A stretch of 64,000 nt of DNA, from NCBI RefSeq assembly GCF_036365525.1, contig NW_027141721.1:124001-188000 (forward strand), written 5' to 3'. Under the pieces are notes generated by a model. It did no database searches. It was not told the origin of the DNA and saw only the letters and a list, made by a program, of their open reading frames with translations. The position numbers and the translations under genes are program-made. Source of the DNA: Heterodontus francisci (taxonomy: Eukaryota). Position 1 is the stretch's first letter, and each line of letters starts with the position of its first letter. This document shows positions 11,060 through 23,899 of this stretch, piece after piece.

Positions 11060-11625
11060 TGCTGACAACACTCCATCTCAATAACACCTCTGTGAATGCT
11101 TCCATTGTCTCTGCTCTGCCACACTGCTTGTCTAACATCCAATACTGGATGAGCAGATATTTTCTCCTACTAAATATTGGGAAGACTGAAGCCATTGTCT
11201 GTGGTCCCCGACACAAATGTCATTCTTGGACCACTGACACCATCTCTGGTACCTGTCTGAAACTGATCAAGACAGTTTTCAGCCTTTGTTGTTGTGTTTG
11301 ACCCCGAGATGAGTTTTCGACCACATATCCACACCATCACCAAGACAGTCCATTTTGCACCTCCATACCATCTCTCGACTCCGCCCCTGCTTCAGCTCAT
11401 CTGCTGCTGAAACCCTCATCCGTGACTCTGTTACCTCCAGACTGGACTATTCCGATACTCTCCTGGCCAACCGCACATCTTTCACAATTCCTGATCTTAT
11501 CCTCATACAAACATTTGCTGCCTGTATCTAAACTCACTCCGAACCCTGTTCACCCATAACCCCTGGAACTATTGCCATTCACTGACTCCCTGCTCCTCTC
11601 CAATTTCCCAATATTAACATCCTGA
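11060..11625 (+). mobile_element. L2-type LINE ORF2 fragment
   Basis: CLSNIQYWMSRYFLLLNIGKTEAIV; ...SSAAETLI...VTSRLDYS motifs. Confidence 0.85.
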
Positions 11626-12149
11626 CCAGTCTGTTGAACTGTTGTGAAATGATTCATTGGTCACAGCTCTCTAGTGTAACAATGTAAAACGTCTGCAATA
11701 AGTGAACATGGCTGTGTATCTTCCATTGATGGACATTCAAACAAGGAGAGCTGCAGCATGGAAAGGCTTTTTAACGTGTTTGACTTCCTGACCACCCAGT
11801 GTGATTGCAAATCTGATTGTAAACTGTGTGTTTAAAGTTTTATTGCATTCTCTGTCTGCTAAATATATCTATGAATATTGAACCTGACCGTCTCAAGAAG
11901 CTGATTGATTTTGCTGGAATGGCTTTACCATCTGATCATGGAAATCCAGTTTTTTTTTTGTTCTGGGAGGGAATACTCACTGTTAAATGATTGCTGAGTG
12001 CTGAGATCAGAAGGGATGTGACTGTACGTGGTGGGACTGCCCAGCATTCCCCAAACCTTGTGCTACTCCATTCTATTCTGGTCTGTGCTTCCACCCTGGA
12101 TAATCCAGCTCATTCAAGGCCTGTCAGATCAAAATGAGAAATCCTGACC

Positions 12150-13320
12150 TTTCAAAAGGCATTTGATACAGTTCCACACATCAGACTTGTGAGCAAACAT
12201 GTAGCTCTTGGAATGCATAGGACGGTAGCAACATGGATTACGAAATTGGCTGAGTGACAGGAAACAGAGAATAGTGGATAATGGATGTTTTTCGGGCTGG
12301 AGAAAGGTTTGTAGTGGACTTCCCCAGGGATCAGTGTTGGGACCCTTGCTTTTCCTGATATATATTAATGTCCTAGACCTCGGTGTACAGGGCACAATTT
12401 CAAAATATGCAGATGATACGAAACTTGGAAGCATTGTGAACTGTGAGGAGGATAGTGTAGAACTTCAAAAGGACATAGACAAGTTGGTGGAATGGGCAGA
12501 CAAGTGACAGATGAGGTTCAATGTGGAGAAATTTGAAGTGATTAATTTTGGTAGCAAGAACATGGAGAGACAATATAGAATCGAGGTTACAATTCTAAAG
12601 GGGGTGAAGGAGCAGAGAGACCTGTGTGTTTCTGTGCATAAGTCATTGAAGATGGCAGGACAGGTTGAGAGAGTGGTTGATAAAGCATACACTATCCTGG
12701 GCTATATTAATAGGGGCATAGATTACAAGAGCAAGGAAGTTATGTTGAACTCGTATCAGACACCAGTTTGTCCTCAGCTGGAGTGTTGCCTCCAATTCTG
12801 GGTGTTGCACTTGAGAAAAGATGTGAGGGCATTTGAGAGAGTACAGACGAGATTCACAAGAATGGTTCCAGGTATGAGGAATTTCAGTTATGAAGATAGA
12901 TTGGAGAAATTAGGACTGTTTTCCTTGGAGAAGAGAAGGCTGGGAGGTGATTTGAGAGAGCTATTCAAAATCATGAGGGGCCTGGACAGAGTAGACACTG
13001 TTTCCACTCGTGAAAGGATCGAGAGCGAGAGGGCACAGATTTAAAGTATTTGGTAAGAGAAGCAAAAGTGACATGAGGAAACAAGTTTTCATGCAGCGAG
13101 TGGTTAAGCTCTGGAATGCGCTGCCTGAGAACATGGTGGAGGCAGATTCAACTGAAACATTTAAAATAAAATTAGACAGTTACATGAAATGGAAGAATTT
13201 GCAGGGTGACAGGAAGAGGCCGGGTGAGTGGAACTGAGGGAGTTGCTCTTTCAGAGAGCCAGTGGGGAGACGATGGGCCGAATGGCCTCCTTCGGCATGG
13301 TCACAATTCTGTGATTCTTT
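12150..13320 (+). mobile_element. CR1 LINE RT and 3' end
   Basis: SGLPQGSVLGPLLFLIYIN...YADDTKL; ends in GATTCT-type tail. Confidence 0.95.
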
Positions 13321-13324
13321 GATT

Positions 13325-13765
13325 ATTATGAGGAATGTTTGAAGAGGTTGGGCAGATACTCATTGGAGTTTAGAAAAATGAGCCACGTAAGATTCTGAGG
13401 GGGCTTGACTGTGTAGATGCTGAGTGGATGTTCCTTCTCGTTGGGGAATCTAGAACTAGGCGTAACAATTTCAGAATAAGGGCCTCTCCCATTTAAGACG
13501 GAGATGAGGAGGATGTTTTTCTCTCAGAGGATTGTGAGTCTGTGGAACTCCGTTCCCTGGAGAGCAACGGAGGCTGGGTCATTGAATATATTCAAGCCTG
13601 AGTTTGACAGATTTTGATTCTACAAGGGAGTCGGGGTTATAGTGGGCAGAAAGGAAAGTGGAGTTAAAGCTGCAATCAGATCAGTCATGAACTTATAGAA
13701 TGGCTGAGCAGGCTCGAGGGGCCGAATGGCCTACTCCTTGCTCCCATTTCGGATAATCTTAATGA
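13325..13765 (+). mobile_element. Second CR1 3' fragment
   Basis: CR1 ORF2 C-terminus and 3' tail GAGGGGCCGAATGGCCTACTCC. Confidence 0.8.
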
Positions 13766-14439
13766 CTGCCCAATTCAATATCGGGGTAGTTAAAGTCTCA
13801 AATCATCACATAATTTTTTTCACCCCTCAGTTATTTCTTTACAGCTCTGCTCCTCTATGTCCTTCCTGCTCAATGGCAGCTGATAAAATACCTGCAAAGT
13901 AAAAATGTTTTTCAGAAGATGCTCACAGTCGGAGAACAGTGGACTGTTCATATCAGAGGCACAGATAAGATCTCCCACAGGCCACAGGTACACATTCAGC
14001 AACATATGCAAACAACAATGAGCAAAGCCAGAGAGCTGGGAGAAGGCTTTTGTCGGCAGGACACACGACACTGTGAGGCCCCTGAGCAGATATCAATGTC
14101 CCTGCTGCTGTGCCCCTGACATTGGGACTGCAATGGATTTGCATTTACAGTCAAGCATTGCCCAGGTTACATTGCAGAAAGATGAATGAATTCTGCCCAC
14201 TTGAGGGAGTTATTGAGAGATCCCTCACCCACAACCAACACATTGCACCAATGGGAAAATACTGCAGATGCTGGAACTCTGAAACACAAACAGAATATTC
14301 AGTAGGTCTGGCAGCATCTGTGGAGATGGAAACAGAGTTAACGTTTCAGCTTGGTCAGCCTTCTTCAGAACGGCAATGGTGAGAGATGGAACAGGTCTTA
14401 ATAAAGTACAGAGGCAGGGAAAGGGACAAAACAACAATT

Positions 14440-17200
14440 TATAATACTCTCGCACCTTTAATGTAATAAAACTTGCCAAGGCTCTTCACAGGAGCATTAT
14501 AAACACAATATGAAACTGAGTGACGTAAGGAAAGATTCGGTCAGACAATCAAAAGCTCAGTCAAAGAGGTAAGTTTTAAGGAGAATTTTAAATTGAAAAG
14601 TGAGGTGGAGAGGCGGAGAGGTGTAGCGAAGCAATTCCAGAGCTTAGGCCGCAGGCAACTGAAGGTGTGGCCACCAATGGTTGAACAATTAAGGTCGGGG
14701 ATGCTTAAAGGGCCAGAATTAGAGGAGTGCAGAGATTTCGGAAGGTTGTAGAGGCTGGAGGACGTTACAGCGATAGGGAGGGCTGTAGGTGCTGGTGGAG
14801 GTTACAGAGAGAGGGATGGCTGTCGGAACTGGTGGATGTTACAGAGATAGGGAGGGTTGTAGGAGCTGGTGGAGGTTACAGAGATAGGGAGTGCTGTTGG
14901 AGCTGGTGGAGGTTAAAGAGATAGGGAGGGATGTAGGAGCTGGTGGAGTTTGAAGAGATAGGGAGTGCTGTTGGAGCTGGTGGATATTACAGAGATAGGG
15001 AGGGTTGTTGGAGCTGGTGGAGGTTACAGAGATAGGGAGGGTTGTAGAGACTGGTGGAGGTTACAGAGATAGGGAGAGTTGTAGAGACTGGTGGAGGTTA
15101 CAAAGATAGGGAGGGCTGTAGGAGCTGGAGGAGGTTACTGCGATTGGGAGGGTTGTAGAGACTGGTGGAAGTTACAGAGACAGGGAGGATTGTTGGAGCT
15201 GGTGGAGGTTACAGAGATAGGGAGAGTTGTAGAGACTGGTGGAGATTACAGAGATAGGGAGGGTTGTAGGAGCTGGAGGAGGTTAACGCGATTGGGAGGG
15301 TTGCAGAGACTGGTGGAGGTTACAGAGATAGGGAGGATTGTTGGAGCTGGTGGAGGTTACAGAGATAGGGAGAGTTGTACGAGCTGGTGCATGTTACAGA
15401 GATAGGGAGGGTTGTTGGAGCTGGTGGAGGTTACAGAGATAGGGAGGGTTGTAGAGACTGGTGGAGATTACAGAGATAGGGAGGATTGTTGGAGCTGGTG
15501 GAGGTTACAGAGATAGGGAGGGCTGTAGGAGCTGGAGGAGGTTAACGCGATTGGGAGGGTTGCAGAGACTGGTGGAGGTTACAGAGATAGGGAGGATTGT
15601 TGGAGCTGGTGGAGGTTACAGAGATAGGGAGAGTTGTAGAGACTGGTGGAGATTACAGAGATAGGGAGGGTTCTAGTAGCTGGAGGAGGTTAACGCGATA
15701 GGGAGGGTTGTAGAGACTGGTGGAGGTTACAGAGATTGGGAGAGCTGTACGAGCTGGTGGATGTTACAGAGATAGGGAGGGTTGTTGGAGCTGGAGGAGG
15801 TTAATGCGATAGGGAGTGTTGTAGAGACTGGTGGAGGTTACAGAGATAGGGAGAGCTGTACGAGCTGGTGGAGGTTACAGAGATAGGGAGGGTTGTAGAG
15901 ACTGGTGGAGGTTACAGAGATAGGGAGAGTTGTAGAGACTGGTGGTGATTACAGAGATAAGGAGGATTGTTGGAGCTGGTGGAGGTTACAGAGATAGGGC
16001 GGGCTGTCGGAGCTGGAGGAGGTTAACGCGATTGGAAGGGTTGTAGAGACTGGTGGAGTCTACAGAGATAGGGAGGATTGTAGGAGCTGTTGGATATTAC
16101 AGAGATAGGGAGGGTTGTTGGAGGTGGTGGAGGTTACAGAGATAGGGAGGGTTGTAGAGACTGGTGGAGGTTACAGAGATAGGGAGGGTTGTAGGAGCTG
16201 GAGGAGGTTAACGCGATAGGGAGTGTTGTAGAGACTGGTGGAGGTTACAGAGATAGGGAGAGCTGTACGAGCTGGTGGAGGTTACAGAGATAGGGAGGGT
16301 TGTAGAGACTGGTGGAGGTTACAGAGATAGGGAGAGTTGTAGAGACTGGTGGTGATTACAGAGATAAGGAGGATTGTTGGAGCTGGTGGAGGTTACTGAG
16401 ATAGGGAGGGCTGTCGGAGCTGGAGGAGGTTAACGCGATTGGAAGGGTTGTAGAGACTGGTGGAGGCTACAGAGATAGGGAGGATTGTTGGAGCTGGTGG
16501 AGGTTACAGAGATTGGGAGGGCTGTTGGAGCTGGAGGAGGTTAACGCGATAGGGAGGGTTGTAGAGACTGGTGCAGGTTACAGAGATAGGGAGGGCTGTA
16601 GGAGCTGGTGGATGTTACAGAGATAGGAAGGGCTGTAGGAGCTGAGGAGGTTAACGCAATAGGGAGGGTTGTAGAGACTGGTGCAGGTTACAGAGATAGG
16701 GAGGGCTGTAGAAGGTCAACGCGATAGGGAGGGGAAGGGCCATGGGGGATTTGAGGACAAGGACGAGAAACTTAAAATGTGGATGTTGCTTGACTGGGAG
16801 ACAATGTAGGGCAGTGAGAGCAGGAGTGACAGGGGATCAGGACTTGGAGCAACTTAAGACACAGGCAGAAGAGTTTTAGATGACCTCAGGTTTACAGAAA
16901 TTGGGTGAGCATCAGGACTGCCTTGACATTGTCAAGTCCAGAGCTGACAATGTCTTGAATGAGGGTTTCAGCCACATTTCAGCTGAAATTGGGGCGCGTT
17001 CGGGTGATCTTACAGAGGTGGAAATGAGTTAGTGATGGTGCCTACATGAGGTCAGAAGCGCATCTCGGCATCAAATGTGGCACCAGGATTTCGAACAGAC
17101 TGGCTTAAACTCAGACCGCTGCCGGGGAGAGAGGTAGAGTCAGTAGTGAAGGAATGGAGTTTGGAGCGGAAACTGAAAACAGTAGCTTCAGTTATGAGGG
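14440..17200 (-). mobile_element. L2 LINE 3' portion with internally expanded minisatellite
   Basis: L2-like sequence continuous across both sides of the 37-bp array; minus-strand VRNPGATFDAEMRF. Confidence 0.75.
14745..16735 (+). repeat. 37-bp minisatellite (GAGCTGGTGGAGGTTACAGAGATAGGGAGGGTTGTAG)n
   Basis: Directly visible; short related array at 30290-30535. Confidence 0.95.
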
Positions 17201-18836
17201 CAGTACTGAGGGAGTGCTGCACTGTCGTAGGGTCAGTACTGAGAGAGTGCTGTACTGTCAGAGGGTCAATACTGAGGGAGTGCTGCACTGTCAGAGGGTC
17301 TGTACTGAGGGAGTGCTGCACTGTTGCAAGGTCAGTACTGAGGGAGCGCTTCACTCACAGAGGGTCAGTACTGAGGGAGTGCTGCACTGTTAGAGGGTCA
17401 GGACTGAGGGTGTGCGGCACTGTCGGAGGGTCAGTACTGAGTGAGTGCTGCACTGTGACAGGGCCAGTACTGAGGGAGTGCTGCACTGACAGAGGGTCAG
17501 TACTGAGTGAGTGCTGCACTGTCAGAGGGGAAAACTGAGGGAGTGCTGCACTGTCGGAGGGTCAGTACGGAGGGAGTGCTGCACTGTCCGAGGGTCAGTA
17601 CTGAGTGAGTGCTGCACTGTCAGAGGGGCTAACTGAGGGAGTGCAGCACTGTGCGAGGGTCAGAACTGAGGGAGTGCTGCACTGTCAGAGGGACAAACTG
17701 AGGGAGTGCTGCACTGTTAGAGGGTCAGTACTGAGTGAGTGCTGTACTGTCAGAGGGTCAGTACTGAGGGAGTGCTGCACTGTCAGTGGATCAGTACTGA
17801 GGGAGTGCTGCACTGTGAGAGGAGCAGTACTGAGTGAGTGCTGCACTGTCAAGGGTCAGTACTGAGTGAGTGCTGTACTGTCAGAGGGTCAGTACTGAGG
17901 GAGTGCTGCACTGTCAGAGGGTCAGTACTGAGGGAGTGCTGCACAGTTATTGGGGCAGTACTGAGTGAGTGCTGCACTGTCAGAGGGTCAGTACTGAGGG
18001 AGTGCTGCCCTGTCAGAGGAGCAGTACTGAGTTAGTGCTGCACTGTCAGAGGGTCAGTACTGAGTGAGTGCTGTACTGTCAGAGGGTCAGTACTGAGGGA
18101 GTGCTGCACTGTGAGAGGAGCAGTACTGAGTGAGTGCTGCACTGTCAAGGGTCAGTACTGAGGGAGTGCTGCCCTGTCAGAGGAGCAGTACTGAGTGAGT
18201 GCTGCACTGTCAGAGGGTCAGTACTGAGGGAGTGCTGCACTGTCAGAGGGTCAGTACTGAGTGAGTGCTGCACTGTCAAGGGTCAGTACTGAGTGAGTGC
18301 TGCACTGTTATTGGGTCAGTACTGAGTGAGTGCTGCACTGTTATTGGGTCAGTACTGAGTGAGTGCTGCACTGTCAAGGGTCAGTACTGAGTGAGTGCTG
18401 CACTGTCAAGGGTCAGCAGTGAGTGAGTGCTGCACTGTTATTGGGTCAGTACTGAGTGAGTGCTGCACTGTCAAGGGTCAGTACTGAGGGATTGCTGCAC
18501 TGTCAGAGGGTCAGTACTGAGGGAGTGCTGCACTGTCAGAGGATCAGTACTGAGGGAGTGCTGCACTGTTATTGGGGCAGTACTGAGTGAGTGCTGCACA
18601 GTCAGAGGGTCAGTACTGAGGGAGTGCTGCCCTGTTAGAGGAGCAGTACTGAGTGAGTGCTGCACTGTCAGAGGGGCAGTACTGATTGAGTGCTGCACTG
18701 TCAGAGCGGCAGTACTGAGGGAGTGCTGCCCTGTCAGAGGAGCAGTACTGAGGGAGTGCTGCACTGTCAGAGGGGCAGTACTGAGTGAGTGCTGCACTGT
18801 CAGAGCGGCAGTACTGAGTGAGTGTTGCACTGTCAG
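17198..18836 (+). repeat. 33-bp minisatellite (AGTACTGAGGGAGTGCTGCACTGTCAGAGGGTC)n
   Basis: Directly visible. Confidence 0.95.
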
Positions 18837-19512
18837 GAGCCCGCTTTCAGATGTGACGTTAAACAGAGACTCCATCCTGCACAGTGACGCAGTGGTTAGC
18901 ACCGCAGCCTCACAGCTCCAGGGACCCGGGTTCGATTCCGGGTACTGCCTGTGTGGAGTTTGCAAGTTCTCCCTGTGTCTGCGTGGGTTTTCTCCGGGTG
19001 CTCCGGTTTCCTCCCACAAGCCAAAAGACTTGCAGGTTGATAGGTAAATTGGCCATTATAAATTGTCACTAGTATAGGTAGGTGGTAGGGAAATATAGGG
19101 ATAGGTGGGGATGTTTGTTGGGAATATGGGATTAGTGCAGGATGAGTATAAAATGGGCGGTTGATGTTCGGCACAGACTCGGTGGGCCGAAGGGCCTGTT
19201 TCAGTGCTGTATATCTAATATAAATAATATAAAAAAATCCTCTTACTCCCGTGGATATAAACAGTCCCATTGGACTATATTGAATAACAGCAGGGGAGTT
19301 CTCCTTGGTGTCCTGGCCAATAATTATCCCTCAATTAACGTCACTAATACAGATTACCTGGTCATTCTCACATTGCTGTTTGTGGGAGCTTGCTGTGGAC
19401 AAATCAGCTGCCATGATTCTTACATTACAACAGTGACTGCACTGCAGCAAAACAAGCATTTCATTGGCTGTGACGCACTTTGGCAGGTGGTCGTGAGGGA
19501 TGATATAAAATA
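18810..19512 (+). mobile_element. Deu-domain SINE (SacSINE1/AmnSINE-like) interrupted by a V-SINE
   Basis: CTTTCAGATGTGACGTTAAAC...[insert]...GCAGGGGAGTTCTCCTTGGTGTCCTGGCCAA...GCTGTTTGTGGGAGCTTGCTGTG, recognised as Deu core from memory. Confidence 0.7.
18878..19237 (+). mobile_element. V-SINE (HE1-like), near full length
   Basis: Pol III A box TGACGCAGTGG, B box GGTTCGATTCC, V-domain GTGTGGAGTTTGCAAGTTCTCCCTGTGTCTGCGTGGG...CTCCGGTTTCCTCCCAC, CR1-like tail, A-rich end. Confidence 0.9.
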
Positions 19513-20269
19513 GCCTGTCAATAACTCCCTCTTTCTATTTGATATTGAAAGTCCAAGTGAATCGCTGTTTCACCTGGAAGGAGAGTTTGGGGTCCTGGAC
19601 GGTTGCTGACATATTGAAGCAATTTATCATGAGAATGATCTGTCTGGGACACTCAGTGTCCATTTATGATCTAATATACACAGCCTATTGCTCAATACTG
19701 ACACATTACTGATATGGGAGGTATTTATCCTGTGAATATTTTATGTCAGATACTCAGTGTCCATTAATCTGAGAGGATACAGAGCACATTGCCCCAATAT
19801 GATCCAGTACTGATGTCGTGCTAGTCAGATGAGTCTCACAGACTGAGGACAATGGACTGTTTAGATCAGAGGCACAGATAGGATCTCCCGAAAAGGCACC
19901 GGTACATATTCAGGTACATAGGCAAACAAGAGGGAAGACAGCCAGAGAGAGAGAGAGAGAGAGGGAGAGAGCTGTGAGAGTCGCTGTGCAACCAGGAAAC
20001 GTGACATTGTGAAGCCTCTGCCCAGCTATCAATGGACCAGAGACTGACTGCTGGTCACACCCTAACATTGGGACAGTGATGGGACTGCGATGGGCTCTGT
20101 ATTTAAATGTCAAGTCAAACATTGCCAAGGGTGTATTTCTCGAAGCATTAGTCTGTATATCTGAGGGAGTTATTGACAGGCTATTGTCAAATACTGACCC
20201 ATTACTGATATGGCTGGTATTAATATCAGAACCATAGCTAGGGGCTGATGGATTCAAACATGGAATTCT

Positions 20270-21935
20270 GGGAAAGCTGGGCACAGCTTGTTCCAGGATT
20301 TCGGAGAGGAAAGGGAGGTTGGAGATGGGACAGTATTTTGTAAGGACAGAGGAGTCAAGGGTTGCTTCTTTTGAAGGAGTCATCGAGTCATTTACGGCAC
20401 TGAAGAAGGCCATTCGGAACGTCGGGTCCATGCTGGCTGTCCACGGTGCTGTGCAATCAGTGCACTCCCCTGGCTCGATCCCTGTAGCCCTGTAAGTCTA
20501 TTTCTCTCAGGTGGCTATCCGGCTATCTCTTGAAGTCATTGATCATCTCCGCTTCCACCATCCTGTGGGCAGTGAGTTCCAGGTCATTAACACCCTTAGT
20601 GCAAATAAAATTCTTCCTTATATTCCCTGCATCTCTTACCCAAACCTTCAACCTCCTTATTGTACCATTAGTTAATGGGAACCAGTTTTCCTTGTCTGAG
20701 TTATCTGTACCCAATGCCTTTATTTATGAAGCCCAAGATCCCACATGCTTTCCTAACCAAGCTCTCACTATGTCCTGCCATTTTCAAAGATGTGTGCACA
20801 TACACCCCCAGGTCCCTCTGTCCCTGCACACTCTTTACAACTGTGCCATTAAGTATATATTGTCTCTCCCTATTCCTTCTGCTAAAATGCATCACCTCAC
20901 ACTTGTCAGAATGAAATTCCATTGGTCACCTTTCTGCCCATTCTGCTCGTCTATCTATGACCTGATCCAGGCAGTTCATATCATCTTCACTGTTTGCTGC
21001 ACCTCCAGGTTTGGTGTGGAGAGCAAATTTTGAGATTCTGCTCTGTATTTCAAGATCCAAGTCATTTATATGTTGCAGAAAAAGCAGTGGTCCCAGCACT
21101 GACCCATGGGGGAACACCAGTGACGACCACCCCTCAGTCAAAAAAGCAACCATTTACTACGATTCGTTGTTTCCTGTCCTGACGGCACTTTTTCACCCAA
21201 TTGAACACTGACCCTCTCATCCATGAGCCTCAGTTGTGTTAACCAGCCTTTTATGTGGTAAATTGTCAAGCGCTTTCTTAAAATCCACATAAACAACATC
21301 CACCACATTCACTCCATCGACCTTCTCTGTTGCTTCATCAAAGAATTTAATTAGATTAGTCAATAATGTTCTGCCTTTTGAAAATCCATGCTGGCTATTC
21401 TTAATTAAACTAGAACCTCTCTAACCGTCTATTGATTTTTCTCTGATTATTGTTTCTAGAACCTTACCCATCACTGATGTTAAACTAAGTGGCCTGTAGT
21501 TGCTCGGACTGTCCTTACACCCTTTCTTGAATATGGGTTTGCCACTCTGTCATCCTCTGGCACCTCCCCCATAACCAGGGAAGATATAAAGATTACGGCA
21601 AGCCCTTCTTCTATCTCTACCCCCCAATTCCTTTCGCAACCTGGGATACAAGTTATCTGAACCAGGTGACTTATCCACCCAAAGCATAGCCAGCCTTTTT
21701 AGTACCAGCTCTCAATTGTTATCCTATCCATTGCCTCTACTCTCTCTGCTTCTACAGATAATTTTCAGCCTCCAGTTCCTTCGGGAACACTGATACAAAG
21801 TTCTCATTAAGTATATTAGCTTTGCCCTGTGCCTCAAAGCACATATTACTCTCTCCGTCCTTACTTGACCCCTCTTTACCTCTTACTACTCACTTACTAT
21901 TTACGAGCTGGTAGAAGATCTTTGAGCCCCTTTTA
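20270..21935 (-). mobile_element. Short L2 fragment followed by antisense CR1 RT
   Basis: YCPISNLPFLSEILEQAV (L2); PHGSVLGPLLFL, KCEVMHF, RDLGVYVH (CR1). Confidence 0.85.
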
Positions 21936-21944
21936 TGAATCTCC

Positions 21945-22660
21945 CTCTCCCCTTTCCACATTGAGGCTGAAATGGGCTTTGTTTGCAACGATTACATCAT
22001 CCAGGTCTGATCAGATACTCGGAGCTTTTGTGAACAAATTCCCATCAACCTCAACAAGTTGTGCTATTTCCCCATTTGTCAGTGTTTTACCCCCTTCTGA
22101 TGTTGTTCAATTTGTTAGTGTTTTTCCCCTGCTGAAGTTGTTGCTGTATTTATTGTTTTTTTCACTGAAGTTGTTGTTGAACTTGTTGGTGTCTTTCCCC
22201 AGCTGAAGTTGCTGCTGCGTTGCTTGATGTACTTCCCTAAAGTTGTTGGTGAAGTTGTTGGTGTTTCCCCTGCTGACGTTGTGAGAATATTAGTTGTTTT
22301 CTTTACTCCCCCCTTCCCCTAAAGTTGCAGGATTTGTTGGTGATTGCTTCCTGAAGTTGTTGTTGAATTTGTTGGTGTAATTTTCCTGTTGAAGTTGTTG
22401 TGATGTTTGTTTTTATTTCTCCTGAAGAAGTTGTTGAATTTGTTGGTGTCTTTCTGCTCCTGAAGTTGTTGTATTTGTTGTTCTTTTTCCCCCTCCTGAA
22501 GTAGTTGTTGAATTCCCCTGTTCCTCCTGAACATGTTACACTCACCACCCCTCATGACTCAGCTTACACTATAAGTGTATCCCTGAGTGAAATCTCTCTA
22601 ATGTGCAGGTAATATCTGCTTCCAGCGTCTCCCTGGGACCCTGTTCCACAGAGTGAACTC
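21945..22660 (-). pseudogene. Possible decayed antigen-receptor V exon split by TTG satellite
   Basis: cag|GA GTT...: GVHSVEQGPRETLEADITCTLERFHSGIHL*CK (22660-22563, stop at the Trp41-like position). Beyond the satellite: ...ANKAHFSLNVERE. No YYC or RSS remains. Confidence 0.4.
22075..22530 (+). repeat. (TTG)-rich degenerate satellite
   Basis: CTGAAGTTGTTGTTGAATTTGTTGGTGTTTT units. Confidence 0.9.
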
Positions 22661-22739
22661 CTGCTCATTGAAATAACCTTTCTGCAGGTTCGTTTCCAGG
22701 TCAAATAATTAAAACATTAAGTAACTATTACAACAAAGA

Positions 22740-23245
22740 GTATTGTCCCTTTTCCCTCAAGGGAGCTGGAATAGAAAGCGCTGGGTGTTGTGTTACTGTT
22801 GTATGCAGCTCGGATTAGTCCCCTTCTGGAGAAACCATGTTGAGTTCTGTGCATCAAAACTCAGGAAGGATGTCTCAGCCTTGGAAGTAATGACACCAGG
22901 TCTAAAAGGGTTCAATTAGCTTCACAGTTTGCATGGCCTAATGTCATATTCTCTTAAGTATAGGAGATTAAAGGGTGATCTCATTGAAATATTTAGGGCG
23001 ATTAAAGGATTCGATGGTGTTAATGGACAGAAACAATTTCCTCTGCTGGGGGAGTCCAGGGCAAGGTGGGGTGGGGCTGTTTAGGAGTGATGTCAGGAAA
23101 CGCTGGTTCACACAGCAGGAAGTGGAAATCTGGAACTCTCTCCCTCAAAAAGCTCTACAGATGGGGGTTTGAGGGGGTTAATCAGACATTCCAAAGCAGA
23201 GATTGCTAGATTGATGTTAGGTGAGGGTATTAAATGATATGGAAT
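22740..23245 (+). mobile_element. Degenerate CR1 fragment
   Basis: FRSDVRKRWFTQ...IWNSLPQK. Confidence 0.75.
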
Positions 23246-23246
23246 T

Positions 23247-23762
23247 CAACAACAACTTCAGGAGAAAAACAACAACATCGAGAAAAAACACCAATAGATT
23301 CAACAGCAACTTTAGCAGGAGACAAACAGGAAAAAATACAAAAACAACTGCACCAGAAAAATAACCCACTAACAAGCTCAGCAATAACTTCAACAGGAGA
23401 AAAATAAAGTACTAATAAAATCAACAACAACTTCAACAGGAGAAAAACACCAACAAAGTCAACAACAACATTAGCAGGAGAAAACACCAACAAATTCAAC
23501 AACAACCTGAAGGAAAAAAGCACCAACAAATTCAACAACAAGAAAAACACCAACAAATTCAACAACAACTTCTGCAGGAGTAAACAACAACAAATTCAAA
23601 ACAACAACCTCAACAGGAAAAACACCAAAAATTTCAACAACAACCTCAGCAGGAAAAACAGCAACAAATGCAACAACAACTTCAACAGGAAAAACACCAA
23701 CAAAGTCAACAACAACTTCAGCAGGAGAAAAAAACAAAAGAAACAAAAACAACTTCAGCAGG
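23247..23762 (-). repeat. Same satellite in opposite orientation (CAA-rich on +)
   Basis: AAAACACCAACAAATTCAACAACAACTTCAGCAGG units. Confidence 0.9.
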
Positions 23763-23899
23763 ATCTGCACATTGTCAGTTCGTGGGATCTTGCCTTGTGG
23801 AAACTGGCTGCCACACTTCCTGCATTACAGCAGCGCCTGTACTTCGAAACAGTAGCAAAGAATATGGGAATAGCAAAACATATGAGATTAGCAAAACTG

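Noticed and set aside
12274-13237. Reverse transcriptase ORFs as an active or domesticated element
   Set aside because: 5'-truncated CR1 with stops and frameshifts
17077-19047. Cys-rich ORFs (GSVLRECCTVR)n
   Set aside because: The 33-bp unit is divisible by 3 and derives from a SINE; not a metallothionein or keratin-associated protein
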